From assembly GCA_038230375.1 (NCBI GenBank), contig JBBRNJ010000026.1, positions 1-64,000 of the forward strand: a stretch of 64,000 bases of DNA, given 5' to 3'. Within the stretch, counting starts at the first letter, position 1; every line of letters begins with the position of its first letter. The notes under the pieces were generated by a model, which was not told where the DNA came from, did not search any database, and saw only the letters and a program-made list of their open reading frames with translations. The position numbers were made by a program, and so were the translations under genes. Below are positions 1 to 8,855 of this stretch, piece after piece. Source of the DNA: Polyangiales bacterium (GTDB taxonomy: Bacteria; Myxococcota_A; Polyangia; Polyangiales; Polyangiaceae).

Positions 1-720
1 CTCGGGCTCAAGGTGCTCGCGCTCGAGGCCACGCGGCCCACGGTGCCGAGCGCAACGGGCGTGGATGACCGCATCAAGGAGCTGTTCACCGCATGGCCGC
101 GTCTCTCCGCCGTGCGTGGCTTTCAGCCGCTCGCAAAGAGCCTGCGGACCGCCGAGATGCTCCACGCCCAGAGCACGGGCGGTGACGACGCAGATCTCTC
201 CGCCGCCATCGTTCTCTGGATGAAGTGCCTGGAGGGCTACATGCACGCGTGGCTCGGCCCCCGCTTCCGCACGCTCGCGGAGGGCGGCGGGGTGGTCTAC
301 GAGATATCCAGCAGCATGCTCGGCGCCGGTTGGCCGGCCTACCAGCGCTGGATCGCGGAGCGCTGGACCGACCCCGTGAAGGTGGGCGACGTGTCCGTGG
401 AGGTACCGCTCCGCTCGATGCCGAACGCGCTCCGCGACCTGTCGGAGCGGCGGAGCAGGGGCTTCGACTCGCCGCCGTCGGTGACGGAGTGGGCGAGAAT
501 TATGCTGTTTTTCGCGGTAGATCATGCCTCGGGCGCGAAGAACGCTCTCCAGATCGCGTGCACCGACAGCGGGCGGATGGTGCGTCTGATCCATTCGCTC
601 TCGGTGCTCGCGCAGGTGCGCAACCTGGTCACGCACAGGGCGGCAGCAGGAGTTGCCACTGTCACCGCGTTCAGGCGCGCCTACTACGCCGCCTTCGACG
701 AGCTGTGCATGATGGCTTGA
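1..720 (+). CDS. C-terminal part of a large helical protein (5' end outside the window) ending in a putative HEPN-like domain
   Basis: Frame open from base 1 to TGA at 718-720; KCLEGY helix followed by the RNLVTH (Rx4H) motif at 619-636. Confidence 0.6.
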   Translation, partial: LGLKVLALEATRPTVPSATGVDDRIKELFTAWPRLSAVRGFQPLAKSLRTAEMLHAQSTGGDDADLSAAIVLWMKCLEGYMHAWLGPRFRTLAEGGGVVYEISSSMLGAGWPAYQRWIAERWTDPVKVGDVSVEVPLRSMPNALRDLSERRSRGFDSPPSVTEWARIMLFFAVDHASGAKNALQIACTDSGRMVRLIHSLSVLAQVRNLVTHRAAAGVATVTAFRRAYYAAFDELCMMA

Positions 721-793
721 GCCATCACGTGCCGTATTTCGAGACGGTTTTTCCCGGGTGGCACATCACCCATCCTCCAGTACCATCAAGTGC

Positions 794-1753
794 ATGAACC
801 TTCGACGCACCGCCGCAGCATTGGTCCTGTGTCTCGGCGCGCTCGGCATCGCCTGTGGCGGCTCCGGTGGCGACAGCGCGTTCGGAAATGGTAACGGCGC
901 CGACGGCGGAGGCGGTGGTGGTGGCGGTGGCGGCGGCGGCGGCGGCTTCGGTGGCGGCGGTGGCAACGGCAACGGCGAGGGCGGCTCCGGCAACGGCGGC
1001 GACGGAGGCGTGTGCAACGCGCCCATTGACATGTTCATCATGTTCGATCGCTCCGGCAGCATGGGGAAGGACTGCAACATCGGCGACACGACCACCTCGA
1101 AGTGGTGTCGTTCGATCAACGCGCTCTCCGGCTACTTCAACTCGGCCGGCTCCAAGGATCAGGCGGCGGCGATCCAGTTCTTCCCGCTCGACACACACAC
1201 CGACGCGCTCTGCGGCACGGGCGCCAGCTACAACGTCGCGGCGCTTCCGGCCGCTGATTTCACGACGCTCCCGACCAAGTCGTTCGACGCGCTCCTCAAC
1301 TCCACGTCACCGAACAACAACAGCGGCGGCACGCCCACGGAGGCGGCCATCCGCGGCCTCACCCAGTTCAGCGCGGCCAACCGTCGCCCCGGTCGGGTGA
1401 CGATCGCCATCCTCATCACCGACGGCGACCCCAACGGCTGCGACGAGGACCTGACCCATCTCTCGGGCCTGCTGGACGCGCACTTCAAGGCCACCACGAT
1501 CCACACCTACGTGATCGGCATGCAGGGAGCGACCTTCTCCAACCTCGAGAAGATCGCCACGGGCGGCAACGCGCCCTCGCACCCCGACGTTGTCGGCACC
1601 ATCACCGATGCATGCGGCAACGGCGCCGGTCCGTGTCTTGCGTGGAACGTCGGTGGTGGCGATCCCGCGGTGTTCACCGCCGCGCTCGCTGCGATCCAGA
1701 GCTCGGCCGACGGCTGCAAGCCTGGTGGCGGCACCGTGAATCCGCCGAAATAG
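794..1753 (+). CDS. von Willebrand factor A (vWA) domain lipoprotein
   Basis: Lipobox (LGIAC), Gly-rich linker, MIDAS DRSGS, GTPT and LITDG motifs; TACCAT -10 element 7 nt before ATG 794. Confidence 0.85.
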   Translation: MNLRRTAAALVLCLGALGIACGGSGGDSAFGNGNGADGGGGGGGGGGGGGGFGGGGGNGNGEGGSGNGGDGGVCNAPIDMFIMFDRSGSMGKDCNIGDTTTSKWCRSINALSGYFNSAGSKDQAAAIQFFPLDTHTDALCGTGASYNVAALPAADFTTLPTKSFDALLNSTSPNNNSGGTPTEAAIRGLTQFSAANRRPGRVTIAILITDGDPNGCDEDLTHLSGLLDAHFKATTIHTYVIGMQGATFSNLEKIATGGNAPSHPDVVGTITDACGNGAGPCLAWNVGGGDPAVFTAALAAIQSSADGCKPGGGTVNPPK

Positions 1754-1783
1754 CGCGCGCCGACGGAGGCGCGGAGGCGCGAA

Positions 1784-2677
1784 CTAGGGGCACTTCTTCG
1801 TCTCGGTCTTCGCGTGGAGATCGCCGTCGGCGGTGACGTGCACGATGGTCTGCTCCGTGGCGCCGTGATCGCCGCACGCGATCTTGACGATGTCCGCGCT
1901 GGGCTTGGCGCGCACCTTCTCCCAGTCCGATGCGTGGTCCAGAGCGAAGGGCTCGTTCGGCTTGTCGCTCGTCCCGAACGCGTGGAGCTTGGGATTGGAC
2001 TTGGACACGCCGACCACGATGGTGGGCGTGTGCCCGCACGGACCCGCGGCCACCTGGAGCAGGAACTCCGAGGCGCGACCATCGTGATCGTAGTCGGCGA
2101 ACTTGATGATCGACGTGATGGGGCGCATCGAGATGCCCATCCTGTCGAGCGAGCCGCCGCCGTCCGAGCGACCTGCGCCGTCGGTGTCGGATCGGGTCAC
2201 CGGCCAGCGCTGCACGCGCGTGTCGTTCTCCGCGAAGAGCGCGTCCAGACGCAGCCGCTCGTCCGGCTTTCCGGGACGCGTGCGCGTGAGGTCCATGGAG
2301 CCGCGCTCGCCGAATGCGAAGCCCGCGCACGGGCACGTGTCCCAGCCAGAGCCCATGCAGTCGGGCAGGGGAGCTCGCGCCCACTCGAGCCGCCAGTTCT
2401 CCTTCGCGCCATCGAGCTGAAGATCCTCGTCGTCCCGGAAGATCGTCCCGAGAGAGAGACCGGCCAGCGGGTCGTTGTCCACGTTCGCTGCGGCCGATGC
2501 GGGGGCGGCCGTCGCGCCTGCCTCACCGACGGTCGCGCTCGGCGTGGGGGTCGCGGATGGCTGCGGGGTCGGACCGGCGCTGGGTTTGTTGTCGCAGCCC
2601 ACGCTGGTCATCGCGACGATGCCGCTGATGAGGAAGAGGACGGGACGGAGGGTTCGGAGATGCGGTTTTTGGCTCAT
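1784..2677 (-). CDS. Hypothetical lipoprotein with CPC and DxDxDG motifs
   Basis: Lipobox (SVGC), Pro/Thr linker, DYDHDG Ca-binding-like loop, several Cys; high GC3. Confidence 0.7.
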   Translation of the reverse strand: MSQKPHLRTLRPVLFLISGIVAMTSVGCDNKPSAGPTPQPSATPTPSATVGEAGATAAPASAAANVDNDPLAGLSLGTIFRDDEDLQLDGAKENWRLEWARAPLPDCMGSGWDTCPCAGFAFGERGSMDLTRTRPGKPDERLRLDALFAENDTRVQRWPVTRSDTDGAGRSDGGGSLDRMGISMRPITSIIKFADYDHDGRASEFLLQVAAGPCGHTPTIVVGVSKSNPKLHAFGTSDKPNEPFALDHASDWEKVRAKPSADIVKIACGDHGATEQTIVHVTADGDLHAKTETKKCP

Positions 2678-2887
2678 GGCGTTTTGGCTCGACGGAGGGC
2701 GGCATCCTCGGCTACTGAAGAAGCTGTCGCAAGCGCGACGTTTGGCCTCGTCGACTCGGAAACGTGAACCCCGCCAGGCCCGAGAGGGAGCAACGGTAGC
2801 GCGGAAGGGTGTGACGGGGCCTTTCCCATTTTGTTGCTCCCGGTCATCGCCGGTTTGAGCGGGATTCGCCGGGTTTTTGCGCCGGAT

Positions 2888-2911
2888 CGGGCACGGGCGC
2901 GGGCACGGGCA
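2888..2911 (+). repeat. (CGGGCR)x4 tandem hexamer with G3-N3 x4 G-quadruplex pattern
   Basis: cgggca cgggcg cgggca cgggca in the divergent intergenic region upstream of rne. Confidence 0.7.
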
Positions 2912-3334
2912 CGTTTACGGGGGGAGCATCTTCCATTCCGTGGGGGGTTGCAGTAAGGGACACGTAGGGGTGCGGCCCGGTTCCGTGCGGCCCCGAAGGT
3001 TTGTTTCCCGCATGTCGCGGGGAGAGTTTCGTGTTCGTTTGCTCGGCCGCGTGTCCTCCTCAGGGTTTCTGATGGCGCACGCGCGGTCTTATGCCCGGGT
3101 CCTTCGGCCCCTCCACCGCTAACACGTCCGTGGCTCGCTTCTTCATGCCGCAAAATCATCGTTACGCTTGCCCTTCGAAAGGCGCGCCCAGCGGCGCGGC
3201 CACCTCCTCAGGAGATGGCGCGTGTGACGTTGGCACGGAGTCGAGCCACGCGTTCCCGGTGAGGGATGCGTGCGCTCTGCACATGATTGCATCGCACGTT
3301 GCCTTAGGCCTGAGCGGGAAAGTCGATTCCGTCC

Positions 3335-5620
3335 ATGGCCAAGAACATTCTCGTCATCAGTGTTGATCCGCGCGAGACGCGCGTAGCGCTCATCGAAAAC
3401 GGCGTCATCGCCGAGCTGCACATCGAACGAAGCGGACATGCCGCGAATACCGTGGGCAACGTCTACCTCGGCAAGGTCACGCGCGTGCTGCCGGGACTGC
3501 AGGCTGCGTTCATCGAGATCGGTCAGGAGCGCGCCGCGTTCCTCCACGTCGAGGACCTGATCCGGCCCGACGACTTCGACTCGTACCTGGCAGGCGGACG
3601 CAAGCACGCGCGCGGCGAGGTCGTCGAAGGCGCCGTTGCCGCCGAGACCGAGGCCGACGACGAGGGCGAGGAGGCAGCAGCCGCTGCGCCCGCGGTTTCG
3701 CCGGAGGACGCGCACGCCGCTGCAACAGAGGCGGTAGAGGCTGGCGCGGATCCCAACGATACGACCGGCCACGACCCGCACGACGACGACATCAGCGACG
3801 AGGTCCCCCCCGCTCAGGAGTCGGGTCTGCTCATCAACGAAGAGCACCACGATCCCAGCTCCGCGCCGGTGATCGCGCACGCGATCTCGTCGACGCACGG
3901 CGTGAGCGACGTCTCCGGCGTTCTTCCGCCCGACTCTGGCCCCGCAGCATCCGGCGCCGAGCTGGATACCGACGAAGACGACGAGGATGACGAAGACGCG
4001 GACAGTGGCGACGACGTCAACGACGAAGGCGAAGGCGAGGACAAGCCTGCGCCCGCGCCGGCAGCCGCTGCAGCACCCGCGAAGCATGTCGACGACGACG
4101 ACGACTTCGGCGATCTCCCCGGCTTCACGATCACAGACCCCAACGAGCCCGTCCCGCAGGTCGCTGCGCGCTCCGCGGATCCGAACCGCAGCGGCGGTCG
4201 ACGTGGTCGTGGTCGTCGTGGTCGCGGTCGTCGCGACGGACAGAGCGGCGGAGGCGGTGGCAGTGGCGGTGGTGGTGGCGGTCGCGACGTCGGAGCTCAG
4301 CGTGAAGGCGGAACTCGCGGCGGTGGTGGTGGTGGTGGTGGTGGCGGGCGCTCACGCAGCGGCGGCCGCGGCGGTGATCGCGGCGGCAGCTCGATCCCGC
4401 GCATCTCGAAGACCACGCCCATTCGCGACGTCGTGAAGGAAGGCCAGGAGATCATCGTCCAGGTGACGAAGGATCCGATCGGCACGAAGGGCGCGCGCTG
4501 CTCGAGCCACATCTCGCTCCCGGGCCGCTACGTCGTGTTCCTGCCAACGGTCGATCACATCGGCATCTCCAAGCGGATCGGCTCCGACAAGGAGCGCGCG
4601 CGTCTGCGCGAGGTCATCGAGAGCGTGAAGCCCCCGACGGGCGGCCTCATCGTGCGTACGGTGGCCGAAGGCCTGACGAAGAAGCAGCTGAAGCAGGACG
4701 TCGGCTACCTGGTCCGCCTCTGGGGCGAGATCGCGAAGAAGAACGAGAGCGCACACGCGCCGTCGCTCCTGTCGTCCGAGCTCGACATCGTGCTCAAGGT
4801 CGCGCGCGATCTCTTCACCGACGAGGTGGAGGAGGTCGTCATCGACGACAAGCACCAGCACGAGCGCCTTTGCCGCTTCGTTGAGATGTTCGCGCCAGAT
4901 CGCGTGAAGGACGTGAAGCTCTACACGGAAGAAGAGCCCATCTTCGACGAGTACGGCATCGAGGACGAGATCGGCCGCGCGCTCTCCCGCAAGGTCCCAC
5001 TGCCCTCCGGTGGTCACCTGGTGATCGACCAGGCCGAGGCCCTCACCGCGATCGACGTCAACACGGGTCGCTTCGTCGGCAAGGGCAGCAAGGACATGGA
5101 GGAGACCATCCTCAAGACGAACCTGGAGGCCGTCAAAGAGATCGCCTACCAGCTTCGCTTCCGCAACATCGGCGGCCTGATCATCCTCGATCTGATCGAC
5201 ATGGAGAAATCCGCCAATCGCGAGAAGGTGCGTCGCACGCTCGACGACCTGCTCCAGAACGACAAGGCGAAGACCACGCTGAACCGCATCTCGGATCTCG
5301 GCCTCATCGAGATGACGCGCAAGCGCACGCGCGAGAGCCTCGGACGGCTCCTCAACGAGCCGTGCTTCTACTGCGATGGCACCGGCCAGCTGCAGTCGAA
5401 GGAGACCATCGCGTACGAGATCCTGCGCGAGATCCGCCGCAAGCGGAACGACCTCGCCGGCTACTCGGTCATCGTGAACGCGCACCCCGCCGTCGCGGAC
5501 GTGTTGAACGGTGCCGAGCGCGAGGCCGTCGCCCAGACGGAGAGCAAGACGCAGCGGAAGATCCAGGTCGTGCCGCGCCGCGAATACCACATCGAGCAGT
5601 TCGATCTCATCGGGCGCTGA
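3335..5620 (+). CDS. rne: Ribonuclease E/G family (Rne/Rng) with a long low-complexity insert in the S1 domain
   Basis: GNVYLGKVTRVLPGLQAAFIEIG, QVTKDPIGTKGAR, AIDVNTG, LRFRNIGGLIILDLIDM and the CFYCDGTG Zn-link; ends like RNase G with no C-terminal scaffold. Confidence 0.95.
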   Translation: MAKNILVISVDPRETRVALIENGVIAELHIERSGHAANTVGNVYLGKVTRVLPGLQAAFIEIGQERAAFLHVEDLIRPDDFDSYLAGGRKHARGEVVEGAVAAETEADDEGEEAAAAAPAVSPEDAHAAATEAVEAGADPNDTTGHDPHDDDISDEVPPAQESGLLINEEHHDPSSAPVIAHAISSTHGVSDVSGVLPPDSGPAASGAELDTDEDDEDDEDADSGDDVNDEGEGEDKPAPAPAAAAAPAKHVDDDDDFGDLPGFTITDPNEPVPQVAARSADPNRSGGRRGRGRRGRGRRDGQSGGGGGSGGGGGGRDVGAQREGGTRGGGGGGGGGGRSRSGGRGGDRGGSSIPRISKTTPIRDVVKEGQEIIVQVTKDPIGTKGARCSSHISLPGRYVVFLPTVDHIGISKRIGSDKERARLREVIESVKPPTGGLIVRTVAEGLTKKQLKQDVGYLVRLWGEIAKKNESAHAPSLLSSELDIVLKVARDLFTDEVEEVVIDDKHQHERLCRFVEMFAPDRVKDVKLYTEEEPIFDEYGIEDEIGRALSRKVPLPSGGHLVIDQAEALTAIDVNTGRFVGKGSKDMEETILKTNLEAVKEIAYQLRFRNIGGLIILDLIDMEKSANREKVRRTLDDLLQNDKAKTTLNRISDLGLIEMTRKRTRESLGRLLNEPCFYCDGTGQLQSKETIAYEILREIRRKRNDLAGYSVIVNAHPAVADVLNGAEREAVAQTESKTQRKIQVVPRREYHIEQFDLIGR

Positions 5621-5641
5621 GCCCGTCACGAGGCAGTGCTT

Positions 5642-6010
5642 ATGAGCGAGAAGCCCAGCGAGAAGCCCAGCGAGAAGCCCAGCGAGAAGCCCAGCGACCA
5701 GGCCATCCCGGGTCGTGAAGATCAGCGTGTCACGATCAACAAGGAGTTCGAGTCGTTCGACGCGTTCATCCAGGAGTACGTGACCAACATCTCGCGCACG
5801 GGCGTCTTCATCCGCGCGCAGCACGTGCTCCCCGTGGGCACGCGCGTGAATCTCCACTTCACCGTGGTGATGGACGGCATCGAGACCATCGAGGGCGCCG
5901 GCGAGGTCGTGCGCGTCGAGAAGGACGGCATGGGCGTCGTGTTCCGCGAGCTCTCGACCTACTCGAAGGACCTCATCGACAAGCTCCTCGTGAAGAAGCT
6001 GCTCACCTGA
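5642..6010 (+). CDS. PilZ domain protein (myxobacterial TIGR02266-like)
   Basis: REDQR (RxxxR) and NISRTG (D/NxSxxG) c-di-GMP motifs, GEVVRV, GMGVVF. Confidence 0.85.
   Translation: MSEKPSEKPSEKPSEKPSDQAIPGREDQRVTINKEFESFDAFIQEYVTNISRTGVFIRAQHVLPVGTRVNLHFTVVMDGIETIEGAGEVVRVEKDGMGVVFRELSTYSKDLIDKLLVKKLLT
5645..5692 (+). repeat. Perfect 12-bp tandem repeat AGCGAGAAGCCC x4 encoding (SEKP)4
   Basis: Read directly at the 5' end of the PilZ gene. Confidence 0.95.
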
Positions 6011-6065
6011 CGGCCACGTTCGGGTGGCTGGGCGACTCCAAAACGCCAGCACCCCGCCATCGGCC

Positions 6066-6094
6066 TTGACAAGCGAGCCACCGTTTACGAATGT
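6066..6094 (+). promoter_or_regulatory. Putative sigma70 promoter of tRNA-Ser
   Basis: Perfect TTGACA at 6066-6071, about 30 nt upstream of the tRNA; -10 element weak. Confidence 0.5.
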
Positions 6095-6101
6095 GGGCAG
6101 T

Positions 6102-6191
6102 GGAGAGCTGTCCGAGTGGCCGAAGGAGCCTGATTCGAAATCAGGTGTTGGTGCAAGCTAACCAAGGGTTCGAATCCCTTGCTCTCCGCCA
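6102..6191 (+). tRNA. tRNA-Ser(CGA)
   Basis: Acceptor stem GGAGAGC/GCTCTCC, anticodon arm CCTGA-TTCGAAA-TCAGG, long variable arm, GGTTCGAATCC T-arm, discriminator G and encoded CCA. Confidence 0.97.
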
Positions 6192-6222
6192 ACCCTACTC
6201 GCGCATTTGCGCGAGCGGGTTT
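6191..6222 (+). terminator. Hairpin directly after the tRNA (possible terminator or processing stem)
   Basis: AACCC..CTCGCGCA-TT-TGCGCGAG..GGGTT with only a short T run. Confidence 0.45.
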
Positions 6223-6246
6223 GCGTTCGAGCATGTGCTTCGGGCG

Positions 6247-6356
6247 TGCGGCTCGCGTCTTTGACGCTCGCCTTGGCTACGAATCCCTTGCCGCGGCTTC
6301 GTGCGGTTTCGTGCGGCTTCTGCGGCTCCCGTCTTTGACGCTTGCCTTGGGTACGA
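6247..6356 (+). repeat. Two 36-bp direct repeats (33/36 identical) separated by 38 bp
   Basis: tgcggctcgcgtctttgacgctcgccttggctacga (6247-6282) and tgcggctcccgtctttgacgcttgccttgggtacga (6321-6356). Confidence 0.85.
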
Positions 6357-6365
6357 GGGTTTGGG

Positions 6366-7070
6366 TCAGTGCGCGGAGGCGGCGCTCAGCTTGGTGACGT
6401 CGGACTGGACGGTGCTCACGAGCTTGCTGATCGCGTCCAGCTGCGCCTGGCACGCGGCCGGAGCAACTGGGGGCGCGGCGCTTCCGCATTGCGACTTGAG
6501 CTGCGCGACCTGCGCGGTGAGCTGCGTGACCTGCATCTGGAGCGCGGCGTTCTTGTCCGCGAGTGGGGCGCAGACGTCTCCCGATGGCGGCGGGTTTGCA
6601 CCACCATCTGATGGCGGGGGCGACGGCGGGTTCCCGATCAGCACGGAGCCCGACACCTGGCCGAGCACCATGCACTGTCCCTTGATCGGCACGACTGCCG
6701 TCGGCAGTTGCGGCGCCTTGTCCAGGCTTCCGAGAAGCTGTCCGCACGAGCCGTCGGCATTCTGCTGCGCCGTCGTCACAACACCTTTGCCGCCCGCCGC
6801 TGTCGCCGCGGCGATGTTGAGCTTCGCGCCTGCCGGGATTGGCGACTCGAAGGCGAAGAACGCCGGCGCGCCGCTGGAGGCAGCCGTGGGAGAATACGTG
6901 CATGCTGCACCGATGATGAACGGCGCCTTGCTCGATCCATCGCCGCCACTGCACGCGGGGACGTTCGACAGCGCCTGGTCGGTCGTGCCCAGCGCCTCTT
7001 CTCCACGTGCGGAACAGCCCATCACCACGGATGCCACAGACAGTGTCAGTGCAAGGAACGAACGATTCAT
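6366..7070 (-). CDS. Hypothetical Cys-containing lipoprotein with a C-terminal coiled coil
   Basis: AGGAG RBS, lipobox (VMGC), Pro-rich linker, heptad pattern LQMQVTQLTAQVAQLK. Confidence 0.75.
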   Translation of the reverse strand: MNRSFLALTLSVASVVMGCSARGEEALGTTDQALSNVPACSGGDGSSKAPFIIGAACTYSPTAASSGAPAFFAFESPIPAGAKLNIAAATAAGGKGVVTTAQQNADGSCGQLLGSLDKAPQLPTAVVPIKGQCMVLGQVSGSVLIGNPPSPPPSDGGANPPPSGDVCAPLADKNAALQMQVTQLTAQVAQLKSQCGSAAPPVAPAACQAQLDAISKLVSTVQSDVTKLSAASAH

Positions 7071-7529
7071 AGGGTCAACTCCTGTCGGGTTACGGCAACG
7101 CAGACGCGTCCGCGCCGCCGTGTGTACTCACGCTCGCGCCTCGTTGCTTCCCCCGAGCGCGCGGGGAGCAGAACGGCACTTGCGTGTCCGACTTAAGAGC
7201 GACCGGTTGAATTCTGGCTTTGCCGTGGGAGCCCTTGCGGATCAATCGCCGCTGTCACCGCTCGCAGCATCGAGCCACGCGAGCGCTGTCGGTACGATGA
7301 AGCCACTCGGGCACACCACACCTGGAACAGAGCAGCAAACATGCCCGCCGAAATGGTGGCCAACCCTTGTCAATCATCCGGTAAGGCCGTCAACCTGGGT
7401 CTCGTGGTCGGAGGAATCAGAGCCCGACTGTTTCCGGGTGTTGCGGGCGACCGACACGTGTTGCTGGCTCGCACGCCGATGACAACTCATGACGGGACGC
7501 CGCGTCGACGCGATGAATCGTTGGCGTTG

Positions 7530-8081
7530 CTACAGCAGGCCCTTCACTTCGCGTTCGATGTCCGCCTCTTCGCCGTCGTGGTAGCCAAGGTGGACGAACT
7601 TCACGACGCCTGACTTGTCCACGATGAACGTGGACGGCATCTTGTCCGGATGCCACTTGCCCGCGATCGATTTTCCTTCGTCGAAGATGATCGGAAACTT
7701 CGCGTTGCCGTGGGAGTCGGCGAAGTCCTTGAGGCCCGCGTTCTCTTCGTCCTCGGAGACCGCGACGATCTCGAGCTGGCCCTTGTACTTCGTGTAGAGC
7801 TCCTGGAGCTTCGGGAACGACTTCTTGCAGGGCTCGCACCACGTCGCCCAGAAGTCGACGATGAGCACCTTGCCCTTGTACGAGCCGAAGCCCGCCTTGC
7901 CCTTGCCGTTCGCGACGATGTCTCGCGAGAAGTCAGGCCCTGGCTGATTGCGGAGCGGATGCTTCGCGCCCTCGTCACCGCTCGGTGAGCTTGCGCCCGG
8001 CTTCTCGGGGCCGTTGTCACATCCCGCCGTGAGCGCGAAGCCGAGGGCGAGCAGGGGCACGTACGTCGAGCATCTCAACAT
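7530..8081 (-). CDS. TlpA/ResA family thiol-disulfide oxidoreductase lipoprotein
   Basis: GKVLIVDFWATWCEPC, MPSTFIVDKSG, lipobox LTAGC. Confidence 0.92.
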   Translation of the reverse strand: MLRCSTYVPLLALGFALTAGCDNGPEKPGASSPSGDEGAKHPLRNQPGPDFSRDIVANGKGKAGFGSYKGKVLIVDFWATWCEPCKKSFPKLQELYTKYKGQLEIVAVSEDEENAGLKDFADSHGNAKFPIIFDEGKSIAGKWHPDKMPSTFIVDKSGVVKFVHLGYHDGEEADIEREVKGLL

Positions 8082-8184
8082 GGGGACTACCTCCAGACAC
8101 GAAAAAGCCCACCCCTCGACAGTGTACGACGGGTGAGCCTCTCACATGCCCATGTTTCGAAGAACGTTCGGGACGATCGGTCCC

Positions 8185-8802
8185 TTACACCTTCGGGAAG
8201 GGCTCGCGCTCGGCGCCGCGCGGGTTCGAGGCATCGACGCCGCGTCCGAACTCTTGCTTGCCGGTCGTGCTCACGAACGGCCCGCCGACCTCCTCTTCCT
8301 GGAGCCGGTTCAGATCTTCGCCGACATCGTCTCCGCCCGTCATCGCGGTCACGGCCTCTTCACCGAGCACCTCCGCCAGATCGTCATCCGAACGCGCGCC
8401 CTTCAGGAACGCGTTGGCGCCGCTATCCACCCGGTCCTCGCGGCTTCGTCGCCGCAGGTCCGCGGCCATACGCGGGTTCAGGTGACCGGTCGCGTCTCGT
8501 CGCTGCACGGGCGCCTTCTTCGCGGCCTTCTTCTTCGGCGCAGCCGTCTGGGCTGCGGCGTGTGCCTTCTTCGGCGCAGCCTTCTTCTTCGGCGCGGCCT
8601 TCTTCTTCGGCGCAGCCTTCTTCTTCGGCGCAGCCTTCTTCTTCGGTGCAGCCTTCTTCTTCGGCGCGGCCTTCTTCTTTGGTGCGACCTTCTTCTTCGG
8701 TGCGACCTTCTTCTTCGGTGCGACCTTCTTCTTCGGTGCGGCCTTCTTCTTCGGCGCGGCCTTCCTTTTTTTGGACTTCGTTGCCTTCTTCTTGGTCGCC
8801 AT
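8185..8802 (-). CDS. Histone H1-like Lys/Ala/Pro-repeat protein with an acidic C-terminal domain
   Basis: KKKAAP/KKKVAP repeats followed by DDDLAEVLGEE...GGPFV...EREPFP; TACGCT -10 element 6 nt before the ATG. Confidence 0.85.
   Translation of the reverse strand: MATKKKATKSKKRKAAPKKKAAPKKKVAPKKKVAPKKKVAPKKKAAPKKKAAPKKKAAPKKKAAPKKKAAPKKKAAPKKAHAAAQTAAPKKKAAKKAPVQRRDATGHLNPRMAADLRRRSREDRVDSGANAFLKGARSDDDLAEVLGEEAVTAMTGGDDVGEDLNRLQEEEVGGPFVSTTGKQEFGRGVDASNPRGAEREPFPKV
8572..8769 (-). repeat. 18-bp coding tandem repeat, 11 units (KKKAAP/KKKVAP, first unit KRKAAP)
   Basis: Counted from the translation and the periodic cttcttcttcgg(c/t)gc pattern. Confidence 0.9.
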
Positions 8803-8855
8803 GAATGGAGCGTATGCCGTGAAACGAGGGCCGTCGAGCGTGTACGCTCACCTTC

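Noticed and set aside
6247..6356. CRISPR array (36-bp repeats, 38-bp spacer)
   Set aside because: Only two imperfect copies, the spacer is itself repetitive, and no cas genes or leader are visible; kept as a plain repeat
7071..7529. c-di-GMP-I-like riboswitch upstream of the 6366-7070 gene (GGCAAAGCC...ACGCAAG on the minus strand)
   Set aside because: The GNRA-capped P2 stem and the P3 tetraloop receptor could not be built by eye; needs an Infernal/Rfam scan
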